From positions 10,120 through 74,119 of the forward strand of contig CALAKU010000007.1 of the NCBI GenBank assembly GCA_937922925.1: a stretch of 64,000 nt of DNA. The letters are read 5' to 3'. The notes beneath the pieces were generated by a model. The model made no database searches. It was not told the DNA's origin and worked only from the letters and a program-made list of their open reading frames with translations. Positions within the stretch are counted from its first letter, which is position 1, and each line of letters begins with the position of its first letter. Of the stretch, positions 51,687 to 63,623 are shown one piece after another. This stretch comes from an uncultured Arenicella sp. (GTDB lineage: Bacteria > Pseudomonadota > Gammaproteobacteria > Arenicellales > Arenicellaceae). Both the position numbers and the translations under genes were made by a program.

Positions 51687-52263
51687 CTCTAAACACACAC
51701 AACATGGCGGCGCGCGGTCAGGCGCGGGCCGCCCTAAAGGCAGCGGTAAATACAAAGAGCCGACTAAGGCCATTCGCGTTCCACAAAGCAGTATTGAACA
51801 AATACAAGCATTTTTAAAACACTACCCGAGCTCGCAGATTCGCTCTGTCTCTTCAATTAACTCGGCAAAACTGGCGATCCCGCTATACAGTTCCAAAGTT
51901 GCGGCGGGCATCCCATCACCAGCCGAAGATCACATTGACGACACCTTGGACCTGAACGATTACATGGTTCAACATCCTGATTCGACCTTTATGTTGCGAG
52001 TTGAAGGCGAGTCCATGAAAAACGCCGGTATATTACCCAATGACATATTGGTGGTAGATCGTTCGCTCAAAGCAGTTCATAACAAAATCATCATTGCCGC
52101 CCTAGATGGCGAATTGACGGTCAAACGACTCTTTCATCGCGGCGGTTTGATCAAGCTATTACCAGACAACCCGAACTACCCTGAAATTGAAATCGATAAC
52201 GAAGCGGACTTACACATCTGGGGCGTAGTTATAGGCAGCTTCAGGCGCTTTCAAACCTTTTGA
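51679..52263 (+). CDS. umuD: UmuD/LexA-family S24 autopeptidase with N-terminal extension
   Basis: Cleavage site VAAGIPSPAED, catalytic Ser in GESM and Lys in TVKRL; extra N-terminal HGGARSGAGRPKG...TKAIRVP segment. Confidence 0.85.
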   Translation: MTNSKHTQHGGARSGAGRPKGSGKYKEPTKAIRVPQSSIEQIQAFLKHYPSSQIRSVSSINSAKLAIPLYSSKVAAGIPSPAEDHIDDTLDLNDYMVQHPDSTFMLRVEGESMKNAGILPNDILVVDRSLKAVHNKIIIAALDGELTVKRLFHRGGLIKLLPDNPNYPEIEIDNEADLHIWGVVIGSFRRFQTF

Positions 52264-52540
52264 TTGTTACAACCAACACAAGGTGGCGGTTTCGGCTTCA
52301 TTTTCAAAAAATATAATCAAAACGCCAATTATTCACAAAAAACCACTTAAATCAGAGGTGCGTGAAGACTGAATTTTCGCTATCTTGATTTACATCAACA
52401 TCGAAGCATGAAGCTACATAAAAACAGGAGTTAACCGTTGTTGGGGCATGGTGGATTAGGGATTGATCACGACAATTTGTTTGACTTGCTCTAGTGTTAA
52501 ATAACTATGGCTTACAACCAACATTTCACATCATGAAGTT

Positions 52541-52571
52541 AGGGGAGCCGCCTCAGGGCGGCTACCTTTTT
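52541..52571 (+). terminator. Rho-independent terminator about 280 bp downstream of umuD
   Basis: AGCCGCC-TCAG-GGCGGCT followed by ACCTTTTT. Confidence 0.8.
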
Positions 52572-52729
52572 ATTCTTGTTTCTTACTGTTTTTTCTTACG
52601 TTTTTCTCTTACGTTTTTCTCTCAGGTCTTTTTTCAGATGTTTTGTTTCGGCCGTTTCGCTTACCAACCCATTGCTGCGCCCTAAGCAGCTTTTAAAAGA
52701 CTAAGCCGGCTAACTAGTAAGACTCTACT

Positions 52730-53176
52730 TTAAAGATCGATCACCATATCGACTCTATGCATGCCCGGCCCCCAACCGTGCTCTGTAAAGACTCCAGTCT
52801 GAGCTCCGAAGTGGCTGAAAAAGGGGGCCGAAAGGTGGCTAGCTGCAATCAATATAGAGCTTAATTTTTGCCGTTTGGCTGCGCTAATCACATGCTCCAT
52901 TAGGCGACGCCCCAAACCTTTTCCTTGAACTGTCTCAGACAGCAAAATCCATTGAATTCGGCCTTGCATCTCGTTTTCGGCAACTAATCCTACGCCGCCG
53001 GCCAATACATTGTCGAATACCATTACTTGGTAGTCGTTTGATCTACCCTTTAAAAATGCGCAATAGTCTTGGCGCTCGACTTCGACAAAATACTTAGGGC
53101 AATTTTGATCGAACAACGCCAGACAAGCCGCGTAGTCGCGTTGGTTGTAGGGGCGAAATAAGGCTGGATGATCCAT
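52730..53176 (-). CDS. GNAT family N-acetyltransferase
   Basis: QGKGLGRRLM acetyl-CoA motif and APFFSHFG; likely ATG at 53176. Confidence 0.85.
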   Translation of the reverse strand: MDHPALFRPYNQRDYAACLALFDQNCPKYFVEVERQDYCAFLKGRSNDYQVMVFDNVLAGGVGLVAENEMQGRIQWILLSETVQGKGLGRRLMEHVISAAKRQKLSSILIAASHLSAPFFSHFGAQTGVFTEHGWGPGMHRVDMVIDL

Positions 53177-53222
53177 TCTTGATGATCCAATAACTTGATG
53201 ATCCAATAATGAGGCCCGAGAT

Positions 53223-53666
53223 CTATTGCGCTGGCTCCGCCGCCAACCACGCTTTATAACCTCCATCAAGATGCAAAATATTGCTGAACCCTAATTCTCT
53301 CATAATCGCCAGACTCCGGCCGCTGCGCACGCCAGACCGGCAATGAACCAAATACGGTTTATCTTTATCGAGTTTTGCCATCTCCGCTTTAAATTCATCA
53401 CCGTAGTAATCAATATTTAAACCCGCTTGGATACGACCCTCTTCGTGCTCTTGAGCGGTGCGAACGTCGAGTACCGTAATACTCTTATCGTTCGCCAACA
53501 CAACACGCGCTTGTTCTGCGCTTAAATGCAGCACACCATCTCGATAATCACCTGCTGCGGGTTCCTCAAGCTGAGGCTCTTGTGCATTAGCTGTGGACGC
53601 AAACCCTGTGCTTACAAAAAGCATTGCCAATAAAACTTGCGCTACCCAATTGTTAATAAGTGTCAT
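53223..53666 (-). CDS. Exported rhodanese-domain protein
   Basis: Signal peptide; LDVRT, HCRSGVRS active-site loop and LDGGYKAW. Confidence 0.9.
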   Translation of the reverse strand: MTLINNWVAQVLLAMLFVSTGFASTANAQEPQLEEPAAGDYRDGVLHLSAEQARVVLANDKSITVLDVRTAQEHEEGRIQAGLNIDYYGDEFKAEMAKLDKDKPYLVHCRSGVRSGRSLAIMRELGFSNILHLDGGYKAWLAAEPAQ

Positions 53667-53696
53667 GGTTTGGCCCTCTATTTAAATAACATTACT

Positions 53697-54224
53697 CTAC
53701 TGGTCGGCTTGATAGCGAATTTGATTTGCGTCTTTAATCAAACGCCCCCAATACGCGTTATAAGGATGAATTCCTTGGCCAACGATAGGACGCTGCTGAT
53801 TAACCCAGTTAAATAAACCGCCCTCAAGATTATATAAATCGCTGTTTAGATCAGAGGTCTTGGAGTCGGCTTGAAGTCGTGCAACCAGATCAGACGATCT
53901 ACGCCCCACTGAGCAGTAAAACACAGCCTTTTTATCTTTAAGTAAATCACCATAAAGCGTCATAAAGGCGTGAGAATCAATCGACGGCGAAATTTGAATC
54001 GCGCCATCGATTCGGCTGACATCAAATTCATCTTCTTCGCGCACATCAAACACAACCATTGAAGCATGGTCGCGCTGCTCAAAATCATCAGCCGACATAT
54101 GTTGAACACTGCCAAGGTCTTTGCGGATATCTTTATGAATGCTTTTCAAGCTCGGTTGCCACAACAGTGCGATGCTCACACCAACAAACACTACGACCAG
54201 AGCAACAATTAGCCACTTAAGCAT
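53697..54224 (-). CDS. Membrane-anchored rhodanese-domain protein
   Basis: N-terminal TM; FDVRE, YCSVGRRS and NLEGGLFNW. Confidence 0.9.
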   Translation of the reverse strand: MLKWLIVALVVVFVGVSIALLWQPSLKSIHKDIRKDLGSVQHMSADDFEQRDHASMVVFDVREEDEFDVSRIDGAIQISPSIDSHAFMTLYGDLLKDKKAVFYCSVGRRSSDLVARLQADSKTSDLNSDLYNLEGGLFNWVNQQRPIVGQGIHPYNAYWGRLIKDANQIRYQADQ

Positions 54225-55035
54225 TTTGCGACTTCCGGCGTTTTACAAATGGTACTTTCAAGCTCCACCACAAGGTATTCGGCTGCTCTGATTGGTATTG
54301 CGAGAGGCCGATCGTCATCGCTTCATGGCCCGAACTTGGTTGTGCAGTATAGGTGCGAAACAGACGATCCCAGCACGACAAAAAGAAACCATAGTTACTA
54401 TTCGTCTCTGTTGCTACTACCGAGTGATGAACACGATGAAAATCTGGAGTAACAATCAGCTTTCGCATTACTGAATCGAGCGCTTTTGGTAAAGAAACAT
54501 TGGCATGATTGAACATGGCTGCGCCATTTAGAAGAACCTCAAACACAATCACCGCAGCGGCACTGGCACCAAGTAACACGACACACAGCAACTTGAATAA
54601 CATGGACAAAACGATTTCCAACGGATGAAAACGAGCACCGGTGGTGACATCAATATCGCGATCAGCGTGGTGCACTTTATGCAGCCGCCACAATACAGGA
54701 ATCTTATGGCTGGCCACGTGCTGAGCGTAAATCAACACATCAAGCAAAATAATCGCTAAGGCAAACTCAATCCATATTGGCAATTCAAGTAAATTAAACA
54801 AACCGACTGATTGTTCCGCCGCCCATACTGCGACGCCGACCGCTAAAATAGGTACTAATAAACGCACCACCAAACCGTCTATAACAACCAAAGACAGATT
54901 TGTAATCCAGCGGCCAAGCCTCGGCATAACGCGTCGTTTTTTAGGCATGATGGCTTCCAATACCGCCATCAAGGCAAACACGCCAATAAACACCGACATC
55001 CTTAAGGCTGGCTCGTTTTCAATAATTGTTTGCAT
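54217..55035 (-). CDS. Sterol desaturase / fatty acid hydroxylase family protein
   Basis: His boxes HVASH, HKVHH, FNHAN and HRVHHS. Confidence 0.92.
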   Translation of the reverse strand: MQTIIENEPALRMSVFIGVFALMAVLEAIMPKKRRVMPRLGRWITNLSLVVIDGLVVRLLVPILAVGVAVWAAEQSVGLFNLLELPIWIEFALAIILLDVLIYAQHVASHKIPVLWRLHKVHHADRDIDVTTGARFHPLEIVLSMLFKLLCVVLLGASAAAVIVFEVLLNGAAMFNHANVSLPKALDSVMRKLIVTPDFHRVHHSVVATETNSNYGFFLSCWDRLFRTYTAQPSSGHEAMTIGLSQYQSEQPNTLWWSLKVPFVKRRKSQNA

Positions 55036-55290
55036 AAATAAATCGAAGTTTGTTAAGCCTGTAATCTACCACACCGAAACGGTCAAAAAATGAGGCCGTC
55101 GAATGTACTAAACTCAATATACTCTGACCTTCAACTAGTGTAGACCCGCCAAACAGCAACTAAATTACTGCGCTAGACATTCCACAACGTAGGATTTTGG
55201 CTACTCACAAAGAAACCTCTCTGCTATGGTAAAACTATCAACGAGTTACCTCTGTAAAGCCACTACTTAAAGTCACTATTTAGACTCACT

Positions 55291-56193
55291 ATGCCTTCAA
55301 CAAAGCCTATTTTTATCTCTTGCGTTAAACAGCTTACCTTCAGCCTCCTTTGCGCCCTATTCGCCACCAGCGTACTATTGGCTTCGCCCGCAAGCATTAC
55401 TGAGTTAACCATAAACTCAAACGAACAACGCCTACCCGGATTAATTTATCAAGCGGCTGGTGACGGCCCACACCCTACCGCCATTTTTTTACATGGTTAT
55501 CCGGGCAATGAGCGCAGCCTCGATGTTGCCCAGCGCTTGCGGCAGCTGGGTTGGAATACGGTGTACTTTAACTATCGTGGCGCGTGGGGCGCCGAAGGTG
55601 AGTTCTCATTTTTAAATTCGGAGGCCGACGTGCAGGCCGTGATTGAGCATCTAAGTCTCAAAGAAAACGCTCAACAACTTCGCATAGATCCAACTCGAAT
55701 CAGCCTGATTGGCCACAGCATGGGCGGGCACATGGCTATTGCCGGAATTCTCGACAACCCAAAGGTACGTTGCGCTATCGCCTATGACGGCGCGAATATG
55801 GGTATCCGCAGCCAAGGTTTATTCGAAAACCCACAAAGTGCTGAACTATGGAAATCTTATAGCGATACCCTATTTATGCTCAATGGCTGGTCGGGAGATA
55901 AAGCCATTAAAGAAATACGCGAACATGGTGGCCAATTAGACTTGATTGCGCGCGCCGACCAACTGGGCGATCGAGCGGTTCTATTGATTCCTGCCGACAC
56001 CGATGTGATTCCTATGGAAGTTCATATTCGACCTCTTTTTGAAGCCTTGAGCAAGAACAAAGGCGCAATCGTGAATTGGCAATTACTGGATGACGATCAC
56101 AGTTTTTCTAATTCCCGCGAGCAACTTATCGCACACACTTATACTTTTTTGAACTCGCATTGCAGTCAGCCAAGCACGCCAGCAAGTCAGTAA
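55291..56193 (+). CDS. Exported alpha/beta-fold serine hydrolase
   Basis: Signal-like N-terminus; LHGYPG, NYRGAWG, GHSMGG nucleophile and DHSF. Confidence 0.85.
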   Translation: MPSTKPIFISCVKQLTFSLLCALFATSVLLASPASITELTINSNEQRLPGLIYQAAGDGPHPTAIFLHGYPGNERSLDVAQRLRQLGWNTVYFNYRGAWGAEGEFSFLNSEADVQAVIEHLSLKENAQQLRIDPTRISLIGHSMGGHMAIAGILDNPKVRCAIAYDGANMGIRSQGLFENPQSAELWKSYSDTLFMLNGWSGDKAIKEIREHGGQLDLIARADQLGDRAVLLIPADTDVIPMEVHIRPLFEALSKNKGAIVNWQLLDDDHSFSNSREQLIAHTYTFLNSHCSQPSTPASQ

Positions 56194-56203
56194 AGCACTT
56201 TGC

Positions 56204-58485
<2,282 letters not shown>

Positions 58486-58585
58486 TTACCATAGTTAGCC
58501 TATACTCTAGCGCCAGCACTTTCAAAAATAGCGCCAGCTCTATAAAAAAGCCCTAAAACCCTTCGCATGAAGTCGATTCAATTTT

Positions 58586-59284
58586 ATGTCTTTTCAATGG
58601 TCTGACTACTCTCTGGACGAACTACGCAGCCATGCTACTCAGGTATTTCGCCAAGGTGGCGGCTCGCGGCCCGATGTGATGTTGATCGAATTCAATGGCC
58701 ACAAAGCGGTGCTTAAAGATCAAGCAGGCGCCGATAAATGGTTTGCGCTTTTGGTTGGCCCAATTCTCAACTGGCGCGAGACTAAAGCACTAAAACACTT
58801 GCACGAGGTTCAATACGTACCCCAATTGCTGCACACGCCGAGCACTCGCTCGTTTTTAATGAGCTATCACGAGTCCGAGCAAATCAGCCATTTGCAACAT
58901 ATTTCACCAGACTGGCCTGTTTTTTTTGAACGCCTAGAGTCCGCTATTCAAGCAGTGCATCGCGCCGGTGTTGCTCACAACGATCTACGCAACCCCAGCA
59001 ACACGCTGGTCACACCTCAAGGCGAACCTGTCTTGGTTGATCTGGTAGCCTGTTTTTGCCGCGGGCGGGCATGGAATTGGCCGAATCACTGGTTGTTCAC
59101 CAAGTTCGCTCAAGTGGATTTGTCGGCCTTGACCAAACTCAAAACGCGATTTGCACCGCAGCTATTACACGAGTCAGACATACAGGCTGAGCAAATTGCC
59201 GGTAAAACGGGCATGGCAATTAAAGGCTTAGGGCAAAAAATTCGACGTCTTTCTCGGCGGCTATTTACCGATCAACAAAAGTAG
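58586..59284 (+). CDS. Protein-kinase-like fold protein (RIO/Kdo-kinase-like)
   Basis: AVLKD, RE..AL, GVAHNDLRNPSN catalytic loop and LVDL. Confidence 0.75.
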   Translation: MSFQWSDYSLDELRSHATQVFRQGGGSRPDVMLIEFNGHKAVLKDQAGADKWFALLVGPILNWRETKALKHLHEVQYVPQLLHTPSTRSFLMSYHESEQISHLQHISPDWPVFFERLESAIQAVHRAGVAHNDLRNPSNTLVTPQGEPVLVDLVACFCRGRAWNWPNHWLFTKFAQVDLSALTKLKTRFAPQLLHESDIQAEQIAGKTGMAIKGLGQKIRRLSRRLFTDQQK

Positions 59285-60169
59285 CCTGTCCCAAAAATAG
59301 TGATCGACTAACATGACGGCAAACAAATACATCAAATATTTGATTGAGTAGAAAAATGTCGTGCGCGAAAGCTCATCGGAATACGAGTTGTAGAGCTTAT
59401 ACACATAGAACATAAAGCGTGCGTTCAAATAGATTGCGCCCGCCAAATAAATGCCACCAAACATATGGATACTGAACGGCATTAAAGTCACCGCCACCAA
59501 GATATAGGTGTAGAGCAAAATTTGCAGGCGAGTAAATTCTTCGCCATGCGTGACCGGCAGCATAGGCACGCCAGCCTCGGCGTACTCATCGCGGCGATAC
59601 AACGCCAGCGCCCAAAAATGGGGCGGTGTCCAAGCGAAGATAATCAAGAATAATAAACAACCCTCGGCCGTGATCGCATTGGTCATCGCAACCCAACCAA
59701 GCAAAGGTGGCGCAGCGCCAGCCGCCCCACCAATAACGATATTCTGTGGCGTCGCCGGTTTTAAAAATACGGTGTAGATTACGCCGTAACCTACCATCGA
59801 GATAAAGGTTAACAGAGCCGTCAACTCATTAACCCAGCGCAACAATACAAACATGCCTGCAACGCAAAGAAGAATGGCAAACACGACCGCTTGCCAGAGT
59901 TGCAGGCCGCCAGTCGCTAAGGGGCGATTTTGCGTGCGAGCCATAATCGCGTCTGCGCGCATATCGATGATCTGATTCATTACCGCGCCCGACGACGCCG
60001 CCAAGCCAATACCAAAGGATGCCAATAACACCGTCAACCAATTGGGCATTCCGGGTACGGCGAGCAACATGCCTACGAATGCGGTGAACACAATAAGCAT
60101 TACCACACGAGGCTTTGTCAGATCGTAATACTGACGAATGGCCTGACTGAGTGTTGTAGCCGATGACAT
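59261..60169 (-). CDS. cyoE: Protoheme IX farnesyltransferase (heme O synthase)
   Basis: LTKPRV, DAIMARTQNRPL, NIVIGGAAGA.PPLLGW and WTPPHFWALA. Confidence 0.96.
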   Translation of the reverse strand: MSSATTLSQAIRQYYDLTKPRVVMLIVFTAFVGMLLAVPGMPNWLTVLLASFGIGLAASSGAVMNQIIDMRADAIMARTQNRPLATGGLQLWQAVVFAILLCVAGMFVLLRWVNELTALLTFISMVGYGVIYTVFLKPATPQNIVIGGAAGAAPPLLGWVAMTNAITAEGCLLFLIIFAWTPPHFWALALYRRDEYAEAGVPMLPVTHGEEFTRLQILLYTYILVAVTLMPFSIHMFGGIYLAGAIYLNARFMFYVYKLYNSYSDELSRTTFFYSIKYLMYLFAVMLVDHYFWDRLLLLIGK

Positions 60170-60173
60170 TGGT

Positions 60174-60782
60174 TTAGCCGATCTGTGAGGTTTTCAGAAG
60201 GCGTTTAATGTCTTTATTAATGCTCTTGGGCTCAGCCGAAGCGGGATAACTGATAACCAGATTCCCTGCCGGATCAATCACATAAATGCGGTTCATTTGG
60301 GCCTCGGCAGGCGCATTATCGAGTTTCAGCACTTGCGCCCATTGCCCATAGGCTGCGGGTTCTACTTCGTATACTTCTACTGGGCTGTACTTAGCACGCA
60401 AATCCTCGGCAACCGCATCTTGTAAGCCCGTTTGCATAAACACCGTGCGAATCCGCGTCATGTTTTGGTTTTGCATAAAACGCAGCTGACGAATTTTAAG
60501 GATGTTGGCCTCACACGCCTGATCACATGCGCCATTGGCGGTCACTAAAAAGACCCACTGTCGTCGAAAACCATCGAAGTCGACGCCACCTTCTGCGCCT
60601 TGCATTTGTAGATTATCAACCACTCGAACGGGCACATAAATATCGCCATAATTATTAAAGCTGCTTGGCTTGTAGAAATAAGCGCCCAACAAAGGAGCGG
60701 TAAAAACGATAAAGATCATCACGATTTGTACGCGATTCCAAAACCGTGATTTGTTAGCGGAAGCTTGAGTCTGTTGATTCAT
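60174..60782 (-). CDS. Cytochrome oxidase cluster membrane-anchored thioredoxin/SCO-like protein
   Basis: N-terminal TM; CDQAC, IYVIDPAGNLV and KDIKRLLKTSQIG; position after SURF1. Confidence 0.8.
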   Translation of the reverse strand: MNQQTQASANKSRFWNRVQIVMIFIVFTAPLLGAYFYKPSSFNNYGDIYVPVRVVDNLQMQGAEGGVDFDGFRRQWVFLVTANGACDQACEANILKIRQLRFMQNQNMTRIRTVFMQTGLQDAVAEDLRAKYSPVEVYEVEPAAYGQWAQVLKLDNAPAEAQMNRIYVIDPAGNLVISYPASAEPKSINKDIKRLLKTSQIG

Positions 60783-60850
60783 TGACGTTCAAGGTAATAG
60801 TTAGTCGTGCGACACGCGTAATACGCATGTCGTTTAGGTCGCTGGCGAGG

Positions 60851-61627
60851 TCATCTTCGGCTTTTACGCAGCACAATAAGACAAGCAATCAAAAAGGCAA
60901 CCGCCATAGAAAACCACTGAAAAGCATAGGCCTTATGCTTGTTGACCGAAGTGTTATCAATACTTTGCCATACTCGTGTTAAAGCCTTATCGCCCGCGGA
61001 TTCCGGCGCTAATTCTAACACCAAAGGATAGACGCCTTGTTGTAATTGATCACTTAACAAAGACAAATCAAGATACTGCCAGCGCGCGCCATCATTAACT
61101 GGATAATTTTCATCCCACAACGGCGCAGGGCCAGATGCTTTGTTTAAGCGGCCTTCCAAACGAATGTCGTTAAGCGATGTTTTCACCTTGGGTAATACCT
61201 CTCGAGTATCACCGGCGGCTAACCAACCGCGATCAACCATCAACAAAAAATCACTATTGTCAGGCTTGAAAGCGGAAAATATTTTATACCCAACTTGGCC
61301 ATTGAGAACTTGGTTATCCAGGTAAATCACGTTTTGGTCGAGATAGCGCCCTAGAGTGAATACCGGTTTAAATTGATACTCTTGCTCTTGGATAGTACCC
61401 AAACTCAGTAAATTAACCGGAGCCGCGGCGCTTTGCCGCTCTCTTTGATCGAGAATGCTTTGCTTCTGACTGGCCCGGTCGAGCTGCCATACACCTAGGC
61501 GCAGCATTGCTAAACAAACGACCAGCGCTAGCATCATAAGCAACGGTCGCTTCCATGCCGGCGATTGTGATGCAGCGTATTTAGGATTGTCTGATTGTGG
61601 CTTAACTCGATGGCGCTTTGATTGCAT
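60851..61627 (-). CDS. SURF1 family cytochrome oxidase assembly protein
   Basis: LGVWQLDRA, LDNQV.NGQVGY, VDRGW and HKAYAFQWF. Start is uncertain; the track start at 61732 abuts the divergent gene. Confidence 0.9.
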   Translation of the reverse strand: MQSKRHRVKPQSDNPKYAASQSPAWKRPLLMMLALVVCLAMLRLGVWQLDRASQKQSILDQRERQSAAAPVNLLSLGTIQEQEYQFKPVFTLGRYLDQNVIYLDNQVLNGQVGYKIFSAFKPDNSDFLLMVDRGWLAAGDTREVLPKVKTSLNDIRLEGRLNKASGPAPLWDENYPVNDGARWQYLDLSLLSDQLQQGVYPLVLELAPESAGDKALTRVWQSIDNTSVNKHKAYAFQWFSMAVAFLIACLIVLRKSRR

Positions 61628-61734
61628 TTTCGCGACTCGTTGACGCATTTCGACTACACTGCGCGCACCATAACACAAGACACTAGGGCCGGTTGTTGCG
61701 CGTATTTGCTTCGAACCGGTTTGACCCAACAACG

Positions 61735-62013
61735 ATGAGCAAAATAATTATTATTGTGATGATGATCGCTATGATTGGCGCCTTGGGCGTCGGTTTGTAT
61801 CATCTATTGAAGACTCCCGACGAACATGACAAAGGCGATAAAGTAGTCAGAGCATTGACCTGGCGAATCGGCATCTGGGTTGTCTTGCTCGTCTTTATTG
61901 TGCTGTCGATGAAGTTAGGCTGGATAAAACCATCCAATTCAGTTGACCCACGAAACTTCAACAAAGAACAGCAAGAGCGAATTGACCAACAACAACCGAC
62001 AGATTCGCAGTAA
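61735..62013 (+). CDS. Twin-transmembrane small protein (DUF2909/HIG1-like)
   Basis: Two TMs with LGVGLYHL..VRALTWRIG..GWIKP; antisense between coxC and SURF1, as is usual in this cluster. Confidence 0.85.
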   Translation: MSKIIIIVMMIAMIGALGVGLYHLLKTPDEHDKGDKVVRALTWRIGIWVVLLVFIVLSMKLGWIKPSNSVDPRNFNKEQQERIDQQQPTDSQ

Positions 62014-62032
62014 GCACACCTGCTAGCATCAT

Positions 62033-62069
62033 AAAAAAGCCCGGCTGATGAACATCAACCGGGCTTTTT
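62033..62069. terminator. Bidirectional rho-independent terminator
   Basis: AAAAAAGCCCGG-CTGATGAACATCAA-CCGGGCTTTTT between convergent genes. Confidence 0.88.
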
Positions 62070-62108
62070 ACTGTGTGTTTAGCTTCTTTGTTTATCTAAA
62101 TTGTCGCT

Positions 62109-62996
62109 CTATAAAATATAGACAAAGATAAATAGGCCAACCCATACCGTATCAACAAAGTGCCAATACCAAGCTCCGGCCTCAAATGCGAAATGTTTTT
62201 CAGCGGTAAAGTGGCCCTTAATGCAGCGAAGTAATACGACGAGCAATATAAACGCGCCTAGGCATACGTGGAAACCGTGGAAGCCAGTTAACATAAAAAA
62301 GGTGGAACCATAGACACCGGTGCCAAGCGTCAATCCAAGTTGTTGATAAGCTTCGATGTACTCTTCGGCTTGTAAGAACAAGAAGATAAAACCAAGAATT
62401 ACCGTTACCGCTAACCAGAAAATCAGGGCGCCGCGCTTGTTGTCACGGAGCGCATGGTGAGCAATCGTCAAGGTAACACTCGACGTCAAAAGGATAATCG
62501 TATTCCAAAGCGGTAAATGCCATGGGTCAATAATTGCGTACTGAGTACCCTCCTCAATTGCCGTTGCGCCTGGTGCCGCACCGGCAAGCAGTTCAGCGCC
62601 TTTGGGCCCCGCCGACGGCCATGTGGCTTCAAAGCCCGGCCATAAAATCTCGGTTTCGGCTAACCAAGGTAACGCCAACACACGTATGTAATACAATGCC
62701 CCAAAGAACGCCGCAAAGAACATGACTTCCGAGAAGATAAACCAAGCCATCCCCATGCGAAACGACTTATCAACGTCTAAATTGTAAATCGGGCTCTCCA
62801 TGATGACTTTGCGGAACCAAATGAACAACATAACGGCCATAAACGCAAAACCGAACATCATCAAATTGGGCGCAAAGGCATAACCATTTAAAAAACTGGC
62901 GCCTCCCAGAGCGATGCAAAACAACGCGATGGATGCTAAAAACGGATAGGCGCTGCCCTCTGGAATAAAATAACGGTCTGGAGAATGTGAACCCAT
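62109..62996 (-). CDS. ctaE: Cytochrome c oxidase subunit III
   Basis: WFIFSEVMFF, NTIILLTSS, TGFHGFHV and WYWHFVD. Confidence 0.96.
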   Translation of the reverse strand: MGSHSPDRYFIPEGSAYPFLASIALFCIALGGASFLNGYAFAPNLMMFGFAFMAVMLFIWFRKVIMESPIYNLDVDKSFRMGMAWFIFSEVMFFAAFFGALYYIRVLALPWLAETEILWPGFEATWPSAGPKGAELLAGAAPGATAIEEGTQYAIIDPWHLPLWNTIILLTSSVTLTIAHHALRDNKRGALIFWLAVTVILGFIFLFLQAEEYIEAYQQLGLTLGTGVYGSTFFMLTGFHGFHVCLGAFILLVVLLRCIKGHFTAEKHFAFEAGAWYWHFVDTVWVGLFIFVYIL

Positions 62997-63081
62997 GGTA
63001 GTGGCCTCTTTCTAAACTCTGGTTAGAGTTAATTTGTTTTTCTGTGTTTAATTGTAACTCAAGCCAGTCGGCGGTAAAAAC

Positions 63082-63615
63082 CTAATCGCCGCTGGCCGCG
63101 TATTTTGCGTTGTCAAAAAAGGTGTACGACAAGGTTAGCTCTTGCACATCGCTTGGCATCTGCGAATCAAGCATAAAACGCACTACCATCTCTTGTTCCT
63201 CGCCGGGCTGCATTAATTGCTCTGTAAAACAAAAGCACTCAGTTTTTTTAAAGTGGAATCCGGCTCTGGGCGGCGTGACATTAAAGGTTGCCATTCCTGT
63301 AATCGGCCGATTTGATACGTTCTTAACGTAAAACTTGGCTTCTTGAACCTCACCAATTTTAATGTCCATGGAACGAGTTACCGGCTTAAATTCCCATGGT
63401 AAATTGGTGCTCGCGTGTGACGTAAACGACACCGCGACCTCTCTATTTAACTGAGCTGCGTTCTGCGCAACCGATTCTTGAATGATGTCGGTCTTACCGC
63501 CAAAACCCGTTACCCGGCAAAAAGCCTCATATAGTGGCACCAATGCATAGCCAAAACCGAACATGACTCCACAAATAATGACAAGTTTAACGACCAAATT
63601 GGCTTGAGCAGACAC
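63082..63615 (-). CDS. ctaG: Cytochrome c oxidase assembly protein CtaG/Cox11
   Basis: VPLYEAFCRVTG, KTECFCF copper motif and LSYTFF. Confidence 0.95.
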   Translation of the reverse strand: MSAQANLVVKLVIICGVMFGFGYALVPLYEAFCRVTGFGGKTDIIQESVAQNAAQLNREVAVSFTSHASTNLPWEFKPVTRSMDIKIGEVQEAKFYVKNVSNRPITGMATFNVTPPRAGFHFKKTECFCFTEQLMQPGEEQEMVVRFMLDSQMPSDVQELTLSYTFFDNAKYAASGD

Positions 63616-63623
63616 GGCAACCT

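Noticed and set aside
52494-52685. 63-aa Phe-rich ORF
   Set aside because: It runs through a terminator and T-rich tandem repeats, so its composition reflects the DNA repeats.
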